A stretch of DNA of 63,742 bases, counting the filler, from Collodictyon triciliatum (taxonomy: Eukaryota): NCBI GenBank assembly GCA_043381765.1. It is 7 parts of 7 records of this genome, joined end to end, with 100 filler letters (N's around TTAATTAATTAA, not from the genome) between each part and the next. Parts side by side here need not be neighbours in the genome. Positions count along the whole stretch, not along the records: positions 1 to 10,379 come from JBHJMP010002701.1; positions 10,480 to 20,793 come from JBHJMP010002702.1; 5 more parts are not named here. One strand, 5' to 3'. The notes beneath the pieces are model-generated. The model searched no databases and was not told the DNA's origin. It saw nothing but the letters and a program-made list of their open reading frames with translations. Positions 1 to 10,720 of the stretch are shown piece after piece. A program made the translations under genes and the position numbers. Every line of letters begins with the position of its first letter. Positions within the stretch are counted from its first letter, which is position 1.

Positions 1-155
1 AATATAAAACGATGGGGATAAAAAATAATAATTAATTATGCGACTTATAACTAGTCTTTATTTTCTAATCGTATTGTTGATTTATGTTGACCTCATAGCA
101 ATTTCTAGATCATATTTGTTTATACCCCTAACATTTTATTACTTGTTTTCATCAG

Positions 156-495
156 CCCTGCAGTCCAGTCGAAGACAAGAATTACGATGTATGAAGGAAA
201 TTCACAGCCTCAAGGAGCTGCCAGCGTGCCTTCAAACAAACCAGAAGTTGTAGACAAAAGATCAGCAAACAAGTCTTTTGTGCGCTTCTCCTCATTTGTT
301 CGCCACAAATACCGAAGAATATATCCTACCTATTCAAACAAAGATATCATGGGGTTGATAGCAAAAGCATGGCGCGAGTTAGATGATTCACAGAAAAGCT
401 ATTTTCGAAGTCCATCTTACCCCAAGCAACTCCATTTTGTTGATATGACTGCCGACGTGAACTCTGTTGCAATGAGGACTGACCAGCTTCAGTAA
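156..495 (+). CDS. Terminal exon of an HMG-box protein (5' part outside the window)
   Basis: Acceptor catcag at 150-155, open frame to TAA at 495. Encodes SANKSFVRFSSFVRHKYRRIYPTYSNKDIMGLIAKAWRELDDSQKSYF, matching the HMG-box pattern (F..F...R......P..SN..I...I...W..L....K..F). Confidence 0.75.
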
Positions 496-786
496 AGAAC
501 GCGGTTAGCATTCGTCCCACTCGAGATTGAAGTATGCTGGAAGCTTTTGAGAATAAGCACTGCTATTCATCTTCTTTCTTCCACATTTCATCGTTTAAGA
601 AAAATAATATAATCGAAGCTGATGCTAAAAGTTGGGATAAATATGTCGTATCCACTCCTCACTCGTTTTGGTTTATTAAAAACGAACAAACAAGCTCAGT
701 CTAATTATTTTTTTTTTGAAAAAATAATAAATTCATTGGCTGCCATCATGATGGAACAAAATAAAAACTTTTATATGAAGAGATAA

Positions 787-1282
787 CCTGGAAAACTCTT
801 TGAACTGCAGTGTGTTTGACCCTTCCATAGACCATCGTGCACTTTAAAGAAAGTATCCCCAGATGTCCGCTGGATGAGCTCTCAGCAAAGGCTGAGACCA
901 TATGGGGTTTAGAGCTTCCACGACCAGGTATCTCAACAAAATCTAAGGAGACCAAGTATGGAGCAAGTGAGGTATATATATCATCAGATTCATAGTATTT
1001 CATATTTACTCGTCATATGAATCACCATGAAATAAAACCCTCAGTATTTTAGCTTCCGGTGTAACTTTTTTGCCACAAACAACCGCGCGTGTGATGCGGT
1101 GCTGTGGCAATTTTTTTTTTCCTTTATTCGATTCAAAGGCGGTGCTGTGGCAATTAAACATCGCACTATAGTCACAGTACATATAGTTTCATATAATAAA
1201 TTGTACGGTATCTGGAATCCCAGCGTGATAGCGCGTTGTCCCCAACGCGTTTGGTGAGGGTTCGGATTATAGAATGATCCAT
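787..1282 (-). CDS. Hypothetical small spliced protein, divergent from POMP; 3' end uncertain
   Basis: ATG at 1282 (MDHSIIRTLTKRVGDNALSRWDSRY). A phase-1 GT...AG intron joins in frame to an exon at about 942-787 (HFVEIPGRGSSKPH...QRVFQ|gt). No recognisable motif. Confidence 0.3.
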
Positions 1283-1492
1283 GGAGAAACAAATCCGCAG
1301 AGGGCCAATCCGAACAAAAGTAAAAAGCAGAGGCAGAAAAATGATAATAATCAGAGTCCAAAAGACAACAAAGACCAATAGGTCTCTAGGTGACTGATCC
1401 AGCAGAACTGATAATCAACCCGCCTTTCCTATCTTTTCACGCTGCAGACAAAAAAAAAACTCTTAGGACTTCTGCCCAAATCGCCAAGCAAA

Positions 1493-2422
1493 ATGGTAAG
1501 TAGCAAATAATTGTGATTTTCTCAGCAATAAGACACCCATATATTCTTTTGCTATATCGGCTGATCATGTGCTCTTACTTGCCCAGGACTGCGCTGATCT
1601 TCCTGGCCTCACACAAAGTGGAATCCCTGTCTTCAATCTGCCCAACGATCCCTTGCGCCACGGGATCAAAAGCCTCCGCGGACAAACAACTGCTCCTCAT
1701 CCTGTCGATGCTGGTTACAGAAACGTAAGCAGCTTGCAAGGCCCTTCCATAGTTGCAATATAACGTCAAACATAAAAAATAAAGAAATAAAAATAGGCTG
1801 TGTAAATATTATTCTCATACGTGATACATGAACCTGCACTATTTATTGCAGTATCGTCCCTCCTCCTTATACTTTCCTACATGTTTTCATATCCAAGCCT
1901 CATTTTCCAGCAGTATATAGATGATAGAATCTTGGGAAACCAATAAAGCAATTCTCAAATAAAAATAAATGAAAATGTAGATTCTCAAGAAACAGACACA
2001 AACTCAAAGCTCACTTCTGACTTCGACTTATGGCTCTCACTTTGTCCTCCGCACCAACATGGAGAAGCAGATTCTTTCCCAAGTATACGCTCCACCTTAA
2101 TATGCCAGTCTCATTCATTTTGGGGAACACTAAATTCTATTTGTGCTATGTAAAAAGTGGCTTCTCACCAGAATATACCCTACATTGTAGTTCCAGCGCC
2201 TTCCTGGACTTCACAGCGAGCACGTTGGACTGAAAGCTTTGCTCGAGCTTGACGAAACCATTGAATATGAAGACATCCTCAATGGTCAACACCTCTCTTT
2301 CCTTGTTAACGAATGCTTTTTTTTTTCTTGATGAATCGGGTTTCTTGAAGCCAAGCGCACTAACAAAACTGTATTCTTGCATTACAGACCCCCGCATGGC
2401 GTACGAGGTTAAGGGATTGTAA
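1493..2422 (+). CDS. POMP: Proteasome maturation protein POMP/Ump1 (5 exons)
   Basis: Spliced product M|DCADLPG...NDPLRHGIKSLRGQTTAPHPVDAGYRN|ILKKQTQTQSSLLTSTYGSHFVLRTNMEKQILSQ|FQRLPGLHSEHVGLKALLELDETIEYEDILN|DPRMAYEVKGL*. It matches the Ump1 motifs HP(L/V), G.H..L...ME and QRLP...DETI..EDILN. All junctions are GT-AG and in phase. Confidence 0.88.
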
Positions 2423-2706
2423 GTTGCCCTGTAGCCCCACCCTTTCACTCATCCGTGCCGCAATCAGGCTAGGGAGCTTTTCATGAACGAAATAAAAAGT
2501 AAAAGAGAAATTATGAGAATGTAGTAATATACATATCGCAATCAAGTCGTCGAACGTGAGAATCGCGAAGCTTTTCATATTTATTAGATCCAACGCCATC
2601 CATTCTCACGTAAAAAGACACACAACACCTCTGTCTATCAATCTGCCTGCATCACTATACACCACGTCTGTGTGTTTGCATGCTTATCCACAGGTCCTGC
2701 TGGCGG

Positions 2707-3457
2707 CTACTTCTGCCCACCATGCTCGGTAGAATAAGATGATGCAGAAGACGAAGAAGAAGAAGAAGATGATGATGGTGAATCCACAACGTCAATTGAG
2801 CACGTTGTCGAATCACAATACATGTCGGGTGTGGCTTTGATTCCTCGGGACATCTGGAAGTTGACTGGGCGCAGCGTCGATATCAGCGTCTGATAAGTCT
2901 CATGCGTGATGTTCTCGTACGGCATCTGTGGATACGCTCCGAGTGGCACGCGGGGCAAAAAGCTGATTCCTTTGAGCTGGTACTGGTACAAGTCCAATGC
3001 GTGGCTTAGCTGTGCGCCTTCCGTCACAGGGTCGAACGTGATTGTAGCACTCACCTGGATTTATAATTGAATCAACTGCAGGTACATAAACGTGCATGTA
3101 TGTAATGTATGTATGAATGTATGTATGTATGTATGTATGTATGTATGTATGTATGTATGTATGTATGTATGTATGTATGTATGTATGTATGTATGTATGT
3201 ATGTATGTATGTATGTATGTATGGTCGGTTGATTGGTTATGTGCCAAAGAGCATGTGTAAACCCCTAAAGCAAGCCGTTTTAGTTGCTGCTCACCTGGTT
3301 GTCGCTCCAGTGGCGTTGCAAAAAGGCTGCGAGTCCAAGCTGCTCCCACATTGAAACCTCGTGCGCAGAACGGATTCCTTCTCCAGCATCGATGGGGAAT
3401 TCCACAACGAGTGTGCGCTTTTCGTCCCCTAATAGATTAACGGGTTGATGTATCAGC

Positions 3458-3537
<80 letters not shown>

Positions 3538-6500
3538 GAACTCGTGGTGGGCGTGTGGAAGTTGGAACCCAGACACATACCTACAGCAGGGACAACATTG
3601 TATCCCGCATCCTTTAGTGGTTGTATAAGGTTTGAGTCAGCGCTCAATCGGACTCGACGAATGTAGAATCGCGATTCAGGATAATGCATTCCAGGAGTAA
3701 CTATGAGTTTTGTGGTGATGAGATTATGGAATCAGTATGTTTAGGGTATGAGAATTACCTCCAGCCAAGAGAGATACAGTGCCACTTGGCTTGATGGATG
3801 TTGTTTTGATTGACCGAGGGATGGCCAGCCAATCAGAAAAGCGCTTGTCATATTCCTCAATATAGTTATAGCCAACGGTGCACCAATCGCGGAGCTCGTG
3901 GATTCCGGTCATCTTGGGTATTGTAAAAAGGATTGTAATGCGCGTTTACTTTCTTTTACTTTTCATTCCTGATCATTTTTGTTTGCCTGGTTCATATAGA
4001 GATTTACCCCAGGTTGCTTCTTACGCTTTCCTATACCCGAAACGAATTGAGCTATTCCGCTCATGCTGCACCCAATTCGGCGGTTTCTTAGCATCACTCT
4101 GTTGGTTTCTGGCCAATGAGTCTTGCCTAGAATATGCCAAGCAGATTAATTTATACTAGTTATAGTTTTTGCAAAAGTAAAAGATAATTAAAATAACTAT
4201 CATTTTAAGCTTAGTTGATAGAATTAGAAAACTGATTTCTAATTGCCTATACTACATCTGTCATATGCCATACTTGAGTACAAAGACAAAAAGTGAAGGG
4301 AAGTTAATCTTAAACTCAATAGTGCTCACCGAGCGTAACTGTCTTTGCGTAGAGGTATGCATATTTCAGCGTTTTGCAAAAGTCATCCAAATCTTCGTGG
4401 TGGGTCGGAAAAGTTTCGACTAGACAACAAAGTTCATATGATTCGAGAGTTTGCTCCAAGCACGGGTTTCCTCCCATCGCTCGAAAGTCTCGATAATCCT
4501 GGAGAAAAAAATTAAGAGATGAATCTTTCTTTTCATTGTTCGGTATTAAAAAAAAAACATTATTGTCGAGAGTGTGAGCAGTGCTCAATTGAAAACCGTG
4601 ATGGTGGGTATATCTTAACAAATAGATATGGTTATTAGAATTATTTTTATACTCAAGATTTCTTCTTATGCGGCCAAACAACGTACCGGAAGGCCATTCA
4701 TCAGACCATACGCTTGCATGTTGTCAAGCCAAGCAAATCCTGGCTCTCCATTTATCTGAACGCGTTTACAGACTTCCTTGTAGTCCATACCCAGGTTAGC
4801 AAAAACCTACAAAGTAATATGAGAGAAAAGAGAGAGGAAGGAGAACATCATCAATGCTCAATAAGCACAAAATGGAGTTTGAAGTTGAGGACAAATTAGT
4901 TTAAAAATAATTATGGATGAATTTAAGAAACGTATGTATTTTTCTTTCCATTATTCGATTCCAGGGAAGGAAGAGATTTTAGATTTTTTATTAATAAACT
5001 TATGCATAAAATTGTTACACATATATTAGTCTTACTGAATTGTTGCTCGTCCATCCATATTCTGCACGTTGGGGGTTTACTTCATAATTCTTTAGGTCAA
5101 GAAATTCTTTTGATTCAGGGTTACCGAAGGCAATTTCAGCTGTTCGTCGTACCTGCAAAGCAACGAGTTTTTCTGTTGGTAAACGATAAACCAAAAGGCT
5201 ATGCCTACTTCTCTTTTTATATGTATTTGCTTCTGAACGCAACCTTCAACAAATGCATTCCTTAGATATTGGTGCATGATAACATAGAAAAATGGTATTA
5301 AATACTATACATTCCCTGCTACAACACATCTTCCGATGACATTCATTACATCAACAATCCCAGTCACGGAAAATGGCTGCCCTATTTCCTTGTCGAGTAT
5401 TTTCCTGATAGAAGTGTGTAATTCTTCGAGAACTCCAGGCCCTGAGCTCACACCTCCAAATCCCTAGCAAAATCGATTTTTATTTATCTGCTAATGAGCA
5501 TTACAAGAGAAGATATTCGGACAAAAGTAACGAAATGCTTTTAGTTTTTTTCATAAGGCGAAGTAAAGCAATCTTACCCGAATCGGAAGTCCCTTGGGAC
5601 GGATTTTTGAATAGTCGAATTGCTGATAAGAAAAGGTTGAAAGGGTTTGGTTTCAAACGATGGTAACTTTTTCTCTCAAACTTGTTGATTATACTGGTAA
5701 ACACGTTACACCATAATTAATTATGGAATAGCTTTAATGTATCATACCATCACACCGCTTGTCTTACTGAAGTATGAGTCGATCAAATATGCAACTGATT
5801 CTACCCATCCTTGAGTGAAAATAGTGTGAGAAGTTAGAAAAAAAAACTGAGACAATTCAAGGAGATACTTATTTTTGTGTGTTTTGGAAATTGTCATTTC
5901 TGACCCTCTCTCGAGTCTGGAATGATGTACGTTGAAATTGGTTTGGAGGGGTTTGGTCCTTTCACAACAACAGACCCCGCGCCTTTAGTATCGAATCCGA
6001 CACCAACACTATTAGCCGATGATAATTTCTTGTTAGCTATATCTATTTCATGGTTGATATTCAGCTTCGATGCTTCAATATGAAATAACATAAAAAAAAA
6101 ACATAAGAATTAATTATTTTTTTTTGTGATGAGCAGTTGAAATAAAAATAAAGGAATGTGTGTTACCCAAGCATGGACGCATCCATCAAAAAGGAAAATG
6201 GTTTATGAGGCTCATCTTTCAAATTTTCCGTGCTAACAAAAGCGCAGTTGTTAAGGGCAGCATACAATCCTCGTTCTTCAGTGAGTGGCGATCCCATAGC
6301 CCAGAGGCCTTTTCATTTACAAGGTAAAGGTAGTAAAAGAAAATGAAGTGTGAGACCCCTCCTGGCTTATCGAGTATCCAAATCTGATAAAAATATCCTC
6401 TTTTTTTTTTTATGGAACCAAATAAGATTGCTTGGAAGATTGTAATGTGTTCTATGGTTAAATCCCCTACCGCGTCCTGGAGGGAGGAACTTGAGAGAGA

Positions 6501-7303
6501 ATATACGCGAGTACATTTCTTGTGCACTTCGTTGTGCTCTTCTGGCATTCCATCCAAGTCCATGTTGTTCAATCCAGCGTTTCTGCATATTATATGTTCC
6601 ATTCACAACCCTCTCAACTGTTTCAAACCTGTCAAGATAAAGCTCATATTACAGGAGGTTTGGATCTGAACGTAGAAAGGGAAAATACATCTGCCTTTAT
6701 AGTCAATTCGACTCTTCAAATAGTATATGCGTAGAATATGTAAGCGCTACAATCAAAAGGATTATCTGAAAACGAATACTATCTATTAATCGAACAACGA
6801 CCCTTTAACAATTTTTTTAAAAAGATATCAACTGTACATAGAAAGGAGAAAAGGTGTCCACGTAAGTGTTGTTCTTACATGCAATCATCAATGCAATATA
6901 CATATATATACAGTTTCACAAACCATTGCTCGTTCGAACCGTCCTCTTTCAACCGCGAGTATGTGCGCAGGTAGACAAGTTCGCCAAGGCCGTTGAAACC
7001 AAAGGGAACGGGCTGAGTCTTGTAGCTTTGTACAAAATCTCTGGAGAGACGGAATGGCTTGTCTCGGTCGTGAGATGTGGAGTAAAAAAAAGAAGTGTTT
7101 TCGGGAATGGTGTTTGTTGGGGTGGAAGGCGACGAAGCGGCAGGTGCTGACGTGGACGACGACAGACTCAGTGCGCGAGACGAAAACAGCCGCCCTTGGC
7201 CAAGACTTGAATCCCAAGCAAGAATATTTGCCTGAGAAGCAGAGGCACAGGTTCGAATCCTCAGGGCCCCGCTTACGGCAAACCGTCTCAAAAAGAGACT
7301 CAT
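2707..7303 (-). CDS. nrdJ: Monomeric class II (adenosylcobalamin-dependent) ribonucleoside-triphosphate reductase, 15 exons, N-terminal mitochondrial-type presequence
   Basis: Exons give [88 protein letters not shown] (NxCxE thiyl-radical loop), [39 protein letters not shown] and a C-terminal CDSTTC pair. No ATP cone. TAG at 2707. Confidence 0.95.
3096..3223. repeat. (TATG)n microsatellite in the last RNR intron
   Basis: Read directly from the sequence. Confidence 0.95.
3458..3537. repeat. (AGAT)n microsatellite in an RNR intron
   Basis: Read directly from the sequence. Confidence 0.95.
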
Positions 7304-7536
7304 TTCTACATTGAACGAGCTCTCAGGTTTAGAAAGAGGAAGAAGAAAAAAATCAATGGAAAGATGCAAACTAGAGAAAAGAAAATTACATATACTATGA
7401 TCCTTACAAAAGTCACGCTGTTTTGCGTAAAGGTTTTTTTTAAAAAAAAAAAGAAAAAAAAGACTCATTTTAGCGTTGAGGCGCAGGCGTATTTGGGGTT
7501 GGCCAATTCGCCCTTTCACCCAAGCGACCGCATGCT

Positions 7537-8171
7537 ATGAACGCCACGATCGATGCAAACTCTCGTCTGTTGTCGGATCGGATGGGACAGATTATTGATT
7601 TTGTGGTTATGTTTGAATGTGGAATTTAAATATTTAAACTTATAATATTACTTGATTTGATATTAAAATAAATATTTATATAGAAAATTGCATTAAAATT
7701 ATATAGAAAATTGCATTAGAGAACTCATAACAATTTTAGTCATCAATTAATTCTTAACAGCAACATTTTAAGGTTGTTTCGGTTCAGGAAATTTCGGCCT
7801 GCAAAGATACCCGTTTCATTGATACCATACTAACGCTATCCTTTTCATATCCAATACCAAATGTGGGATTTTCTTGTTTGGAAATTCTGGGGGAATTCTT
7901 GCCAACCACATATATGTCGCCAAGCACGTTTCCTCGTATGTCGCGGGCGTTGCATTTCCAAAGCCCGAATATAATCCTCTGCATCCGGAATCCCACCAGA
8001 GACGCTCGTTCGCACTTGAAGCAGAAAAGCCTGAACCTCACAAAGAGCCGACTTTTGCCTCTCGCAAGTACTATAACTCTAACACAAAGCACAGCAAATC
8101 AACCGCAAAACATGAGCGTCAGCATCCTCGAAAGCAGCAGTGCATATGTGCCTGTGCCCTGGATTACATAG
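7537..8171 (+). CDS. Hypothetical two-exon protein divergent from the RNR gene
   Basis: ATG 7537 (MNATIDANSRLLSDRMGQIIDFV|gt). An AT-rich intron ends at ttcag (about 7787), then the frame continues into the 7863..8171 ORF. No recognisable motif. Confidence 0.35.
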
Positions 8172-8367
8172 TGTCGCTGCTTTCAACCGAGGCCCGAACA
8201 ATTACGTCGGGCTGTAGAAAAAAATAATCTATAAACCCTGCCTTCCCTTGAATTGAATAATTGAGAAGAAAATCGCATACAACATTATTTATTTTTGCCT
8301 TTGCCAAAAAGTGCCCTCAAGGGTGTGGAAACAATCGTCCTTTGGTCAGAGTCGTCAAATTGAGAGA

Positions 8368-10026
8368 TCACTGGCTCAGTTGTAAGATACGAGAATGCAT
8401 AGCCATTAAGCAATACAAAGACAGTGTAAACATTAGGATAGTGGCGACAGGTTTCCAATTAGCAACATCCATCGGGTGAACACAACCACAACGAATTCCA
8501 TACGCCAACGATAAAACATCACCAATCATCTCAAACGCGAGCTGAACGAAAATTTGTTTCAAACATTCGGAAAATGAATAAATAGTTTGAAAGTCGGTTG
8601 TAGTTGGAACGAGTGGATGGATGAAGTACATCAATAACGGTGCTAAAAAAAGGGCACATATTTCTGAGCCGATGTCATCGTATATGTGTTTAGATCGGAA
8701 CAGAAGGGCGTCCTCGACATATTGCTCCTCATCAACAAGATTCTGGCTAGCTGTATTTGCATGAGAATCATTCTGTTGAATAGCTTCATCTTCGATTGAG
8801 TTAAAAGGAAACAGCTTCCGAGATTTTGAGGAAATGTATTTGCTGTAAAAAAGATTGACCTGGACGCTAAAGCGATAGACTAATTTTGTCTTTTTGGTAA
8901 AGATCACCGTAGAGACGAACTCTATTACAGCAGAGACAAAATTTGTCATGATGAACTGAATCGACATTGCGCTGTTGGATGAGATATTAGACATGAGAAT
9001 CCGGCCGATGAACTGAAAGTAGTAATTGCTTGTCCTGTTTAAGATCAACCTCCTGTCCATTTCTCTATCTGACAAGTGAAAAATAGACTTGGATTGGTAC
9101 CATCGACAAACACTAAAACATATTGGAAAAACGACAAACCGAAAACAAAGTCGAACGTAAAAAGATGATTCCAGATATACTGGGAATATGTTGAAAATAA
9201 CAAAATTAATAAACAGATAAACACCAACGAGCGATTTGAAGATAGCTAAAGGCGTGCCATCTTTCGTCATATGGTAGTCTATCTCCATACTAGGGGTCAT
9301 ATTGTCAGGCTTTTTGGACTTTGTTACGGCATAGGTTCCGTATGCGAAGAAAAGCAAATCCAATGCACTACTTATGTTTGGGGAGTACGAAAGGTGGCTT
9401 ATCTGAGACGATAGCAGAAAAATGAGATCTTTTGCAATCATAGGAATAAGTCCACAAGCGATGGATTTATAAATATACCGAAAACTGAAAATGCAAGACA
9501 CCATAACACTCATAGAGATCCAGTAAAATAAAACCCATAGCGTTTTTAGCATCTTATCATATAGAAAGTAATGCACAAATCCCATCAGATTCGACGTCAG
9601 GATAATGCCAGGCAAATAATAAAAGCTCATGAACGTAATGTTAAGAGAGAACGTAAAATAAATCTTTTGGAACACAGTGAACCATATCATAAATGCTTGC
9701 GCCATCGATCCCGACGAGCGACACTTAATATGTTCTGCTCCAGTGCTAGCTGAAAAACCAACTCTACCTCGGACCACACCCTCCTCATCACCAGACTTTA
9801 AATGCTCAGACTTAATGTCGGACTCGTTTTCCATGGCACCTTTTGCTTGAGACAAGGCTGCCTGTTTGATCGGCATGAAATCTTTTGGCTCATTTCTTGG
9901 CCCGTCAGCTGTGGTTTCAGGCGAAGAAGGTACGTCACAGAGTTCTTTGAGGTGGTTGGTGTGGTTGATGCAGAGACTTGCTTGCTGCAAAGCTTGATCG
10001 GCTGGTACTTCGCTTTTACTTGCCAT
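8368..10026 (-). CDS. Intronless multipass membrane protein of unknown family (552 aa)
   Basis: Uninterrupted 552-aa ORF with a hydrophilic N-terminus of about 105 aa, then about 10-11 hydrophobic segments counted by eye. Confidence 0.8.
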   Translation of the reverse strand: MASKSEVPADQALQQASLCINHTNHLKELCDVPSSPETTADGPRNEPKDFMPIKQAALSQAKGAMENESDIKSEHLKSGDEEGVVRGRVGFSASTGAEHIKCRSSGSMAQAFMIWFTVFQKIYFTFSLNITFMSFYYLPGIILTSNLMGFVHYFLYDKMLKTLWVLFYWISMSVMVSCIFSFRYIYKSIACGLIPMIAKDLIFLLSSQISHLSYSPNISSALDLLFFAYGTYAVTKSKKPDNMTPSMEIDYHMTKDGTPLAIFKSLVGVYLFINFVIFNIFPVYLESSFYVRLCFRFVVFPICFSVCRWYQSKSIFHLSDREMDRRLILNRTSNYYFQFIGRILMSNISSNSAMSIQFIMTNFVSAVIEFVSTVIFTKKTKLVYRFSVQVNLFYSKYISSKSRKLFPFNSIEDEAIQQNDSHANTASQNLVDEEQYVEDALLFRSKHIYDDIGSEICALFLAPLLMYFIHPLVPTTTDFQTIYSFSECLKQIFVQLAFEMIGDVLSLAYGIRCGCVHPMDVANWKPVATILMFTLSLYCLMAMHSRILQLSQ

Positions 10027-10237
10027 CTATGCCTTAAATGATGCTTTGTCAATCGAGGTTAGTCGCTTTAGTACGAGTCTCTTATCTGTGGCGGGTTTGG
10101 TTGCCCATGTTGCTTTGTTGCATCTTCCACGCCTTACGTAGTTGGGGATCAAGAAAACACAACCCCCTAAAAAGCGACTGTAAAATAGAGCAACGAGTAC
10201 GGTACGAAAAGCTACGTAATTTTTTTCTGGGAAAGTC

Positions 10238-10579
<342 letters not shown>

Positions 10580-10720
10580 ACCGCACACAAAGAGCAAGAA
10601 AAGCACATATATATTTTAATGAAACCATGTGTTTCTTGCATCCTTCGGGTTGATAGTTCTTTAAGCAGTTTTGAAGTCCTCTTTTCACCATCTCAATATT
10701 ATCTGATGAATAAATATTAA

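Noticed and set aside
1405..1420. In-frame TGA upstream of the 1172-1378 minus ORF as possible selenocysteine
   Set aside because: No upstream start or compatible exon exists once POMP is placed on the plus strand, and there is no redox motif or recognisable SECIS.
1575..2599. Minus-strand ORFs (1575-1769, 2146-2448, 2360-2599) that can be strung into a spliced gene
   Set aside because: They are antisense shadows of POMP, which has clear conserved motifs on the plus strand.
3913..3935. U12-type (AT-AC) intron suggested by TCCTTTTTAC...TAC near the RNR acceptor
   Set aside because: There is no RTATCCTT donor, and the AC acceptor would add residues relative to homologues.
2707..7560. Cobalamin riboswitch, intein or self-splicing intron in the RNR gene
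   Set aside because: No B12-box, intein or homing-endonuclease motifs were seen; the introns are short and spliceosomal. An Infernal scan would be needed to exclude a riboswitch formally.
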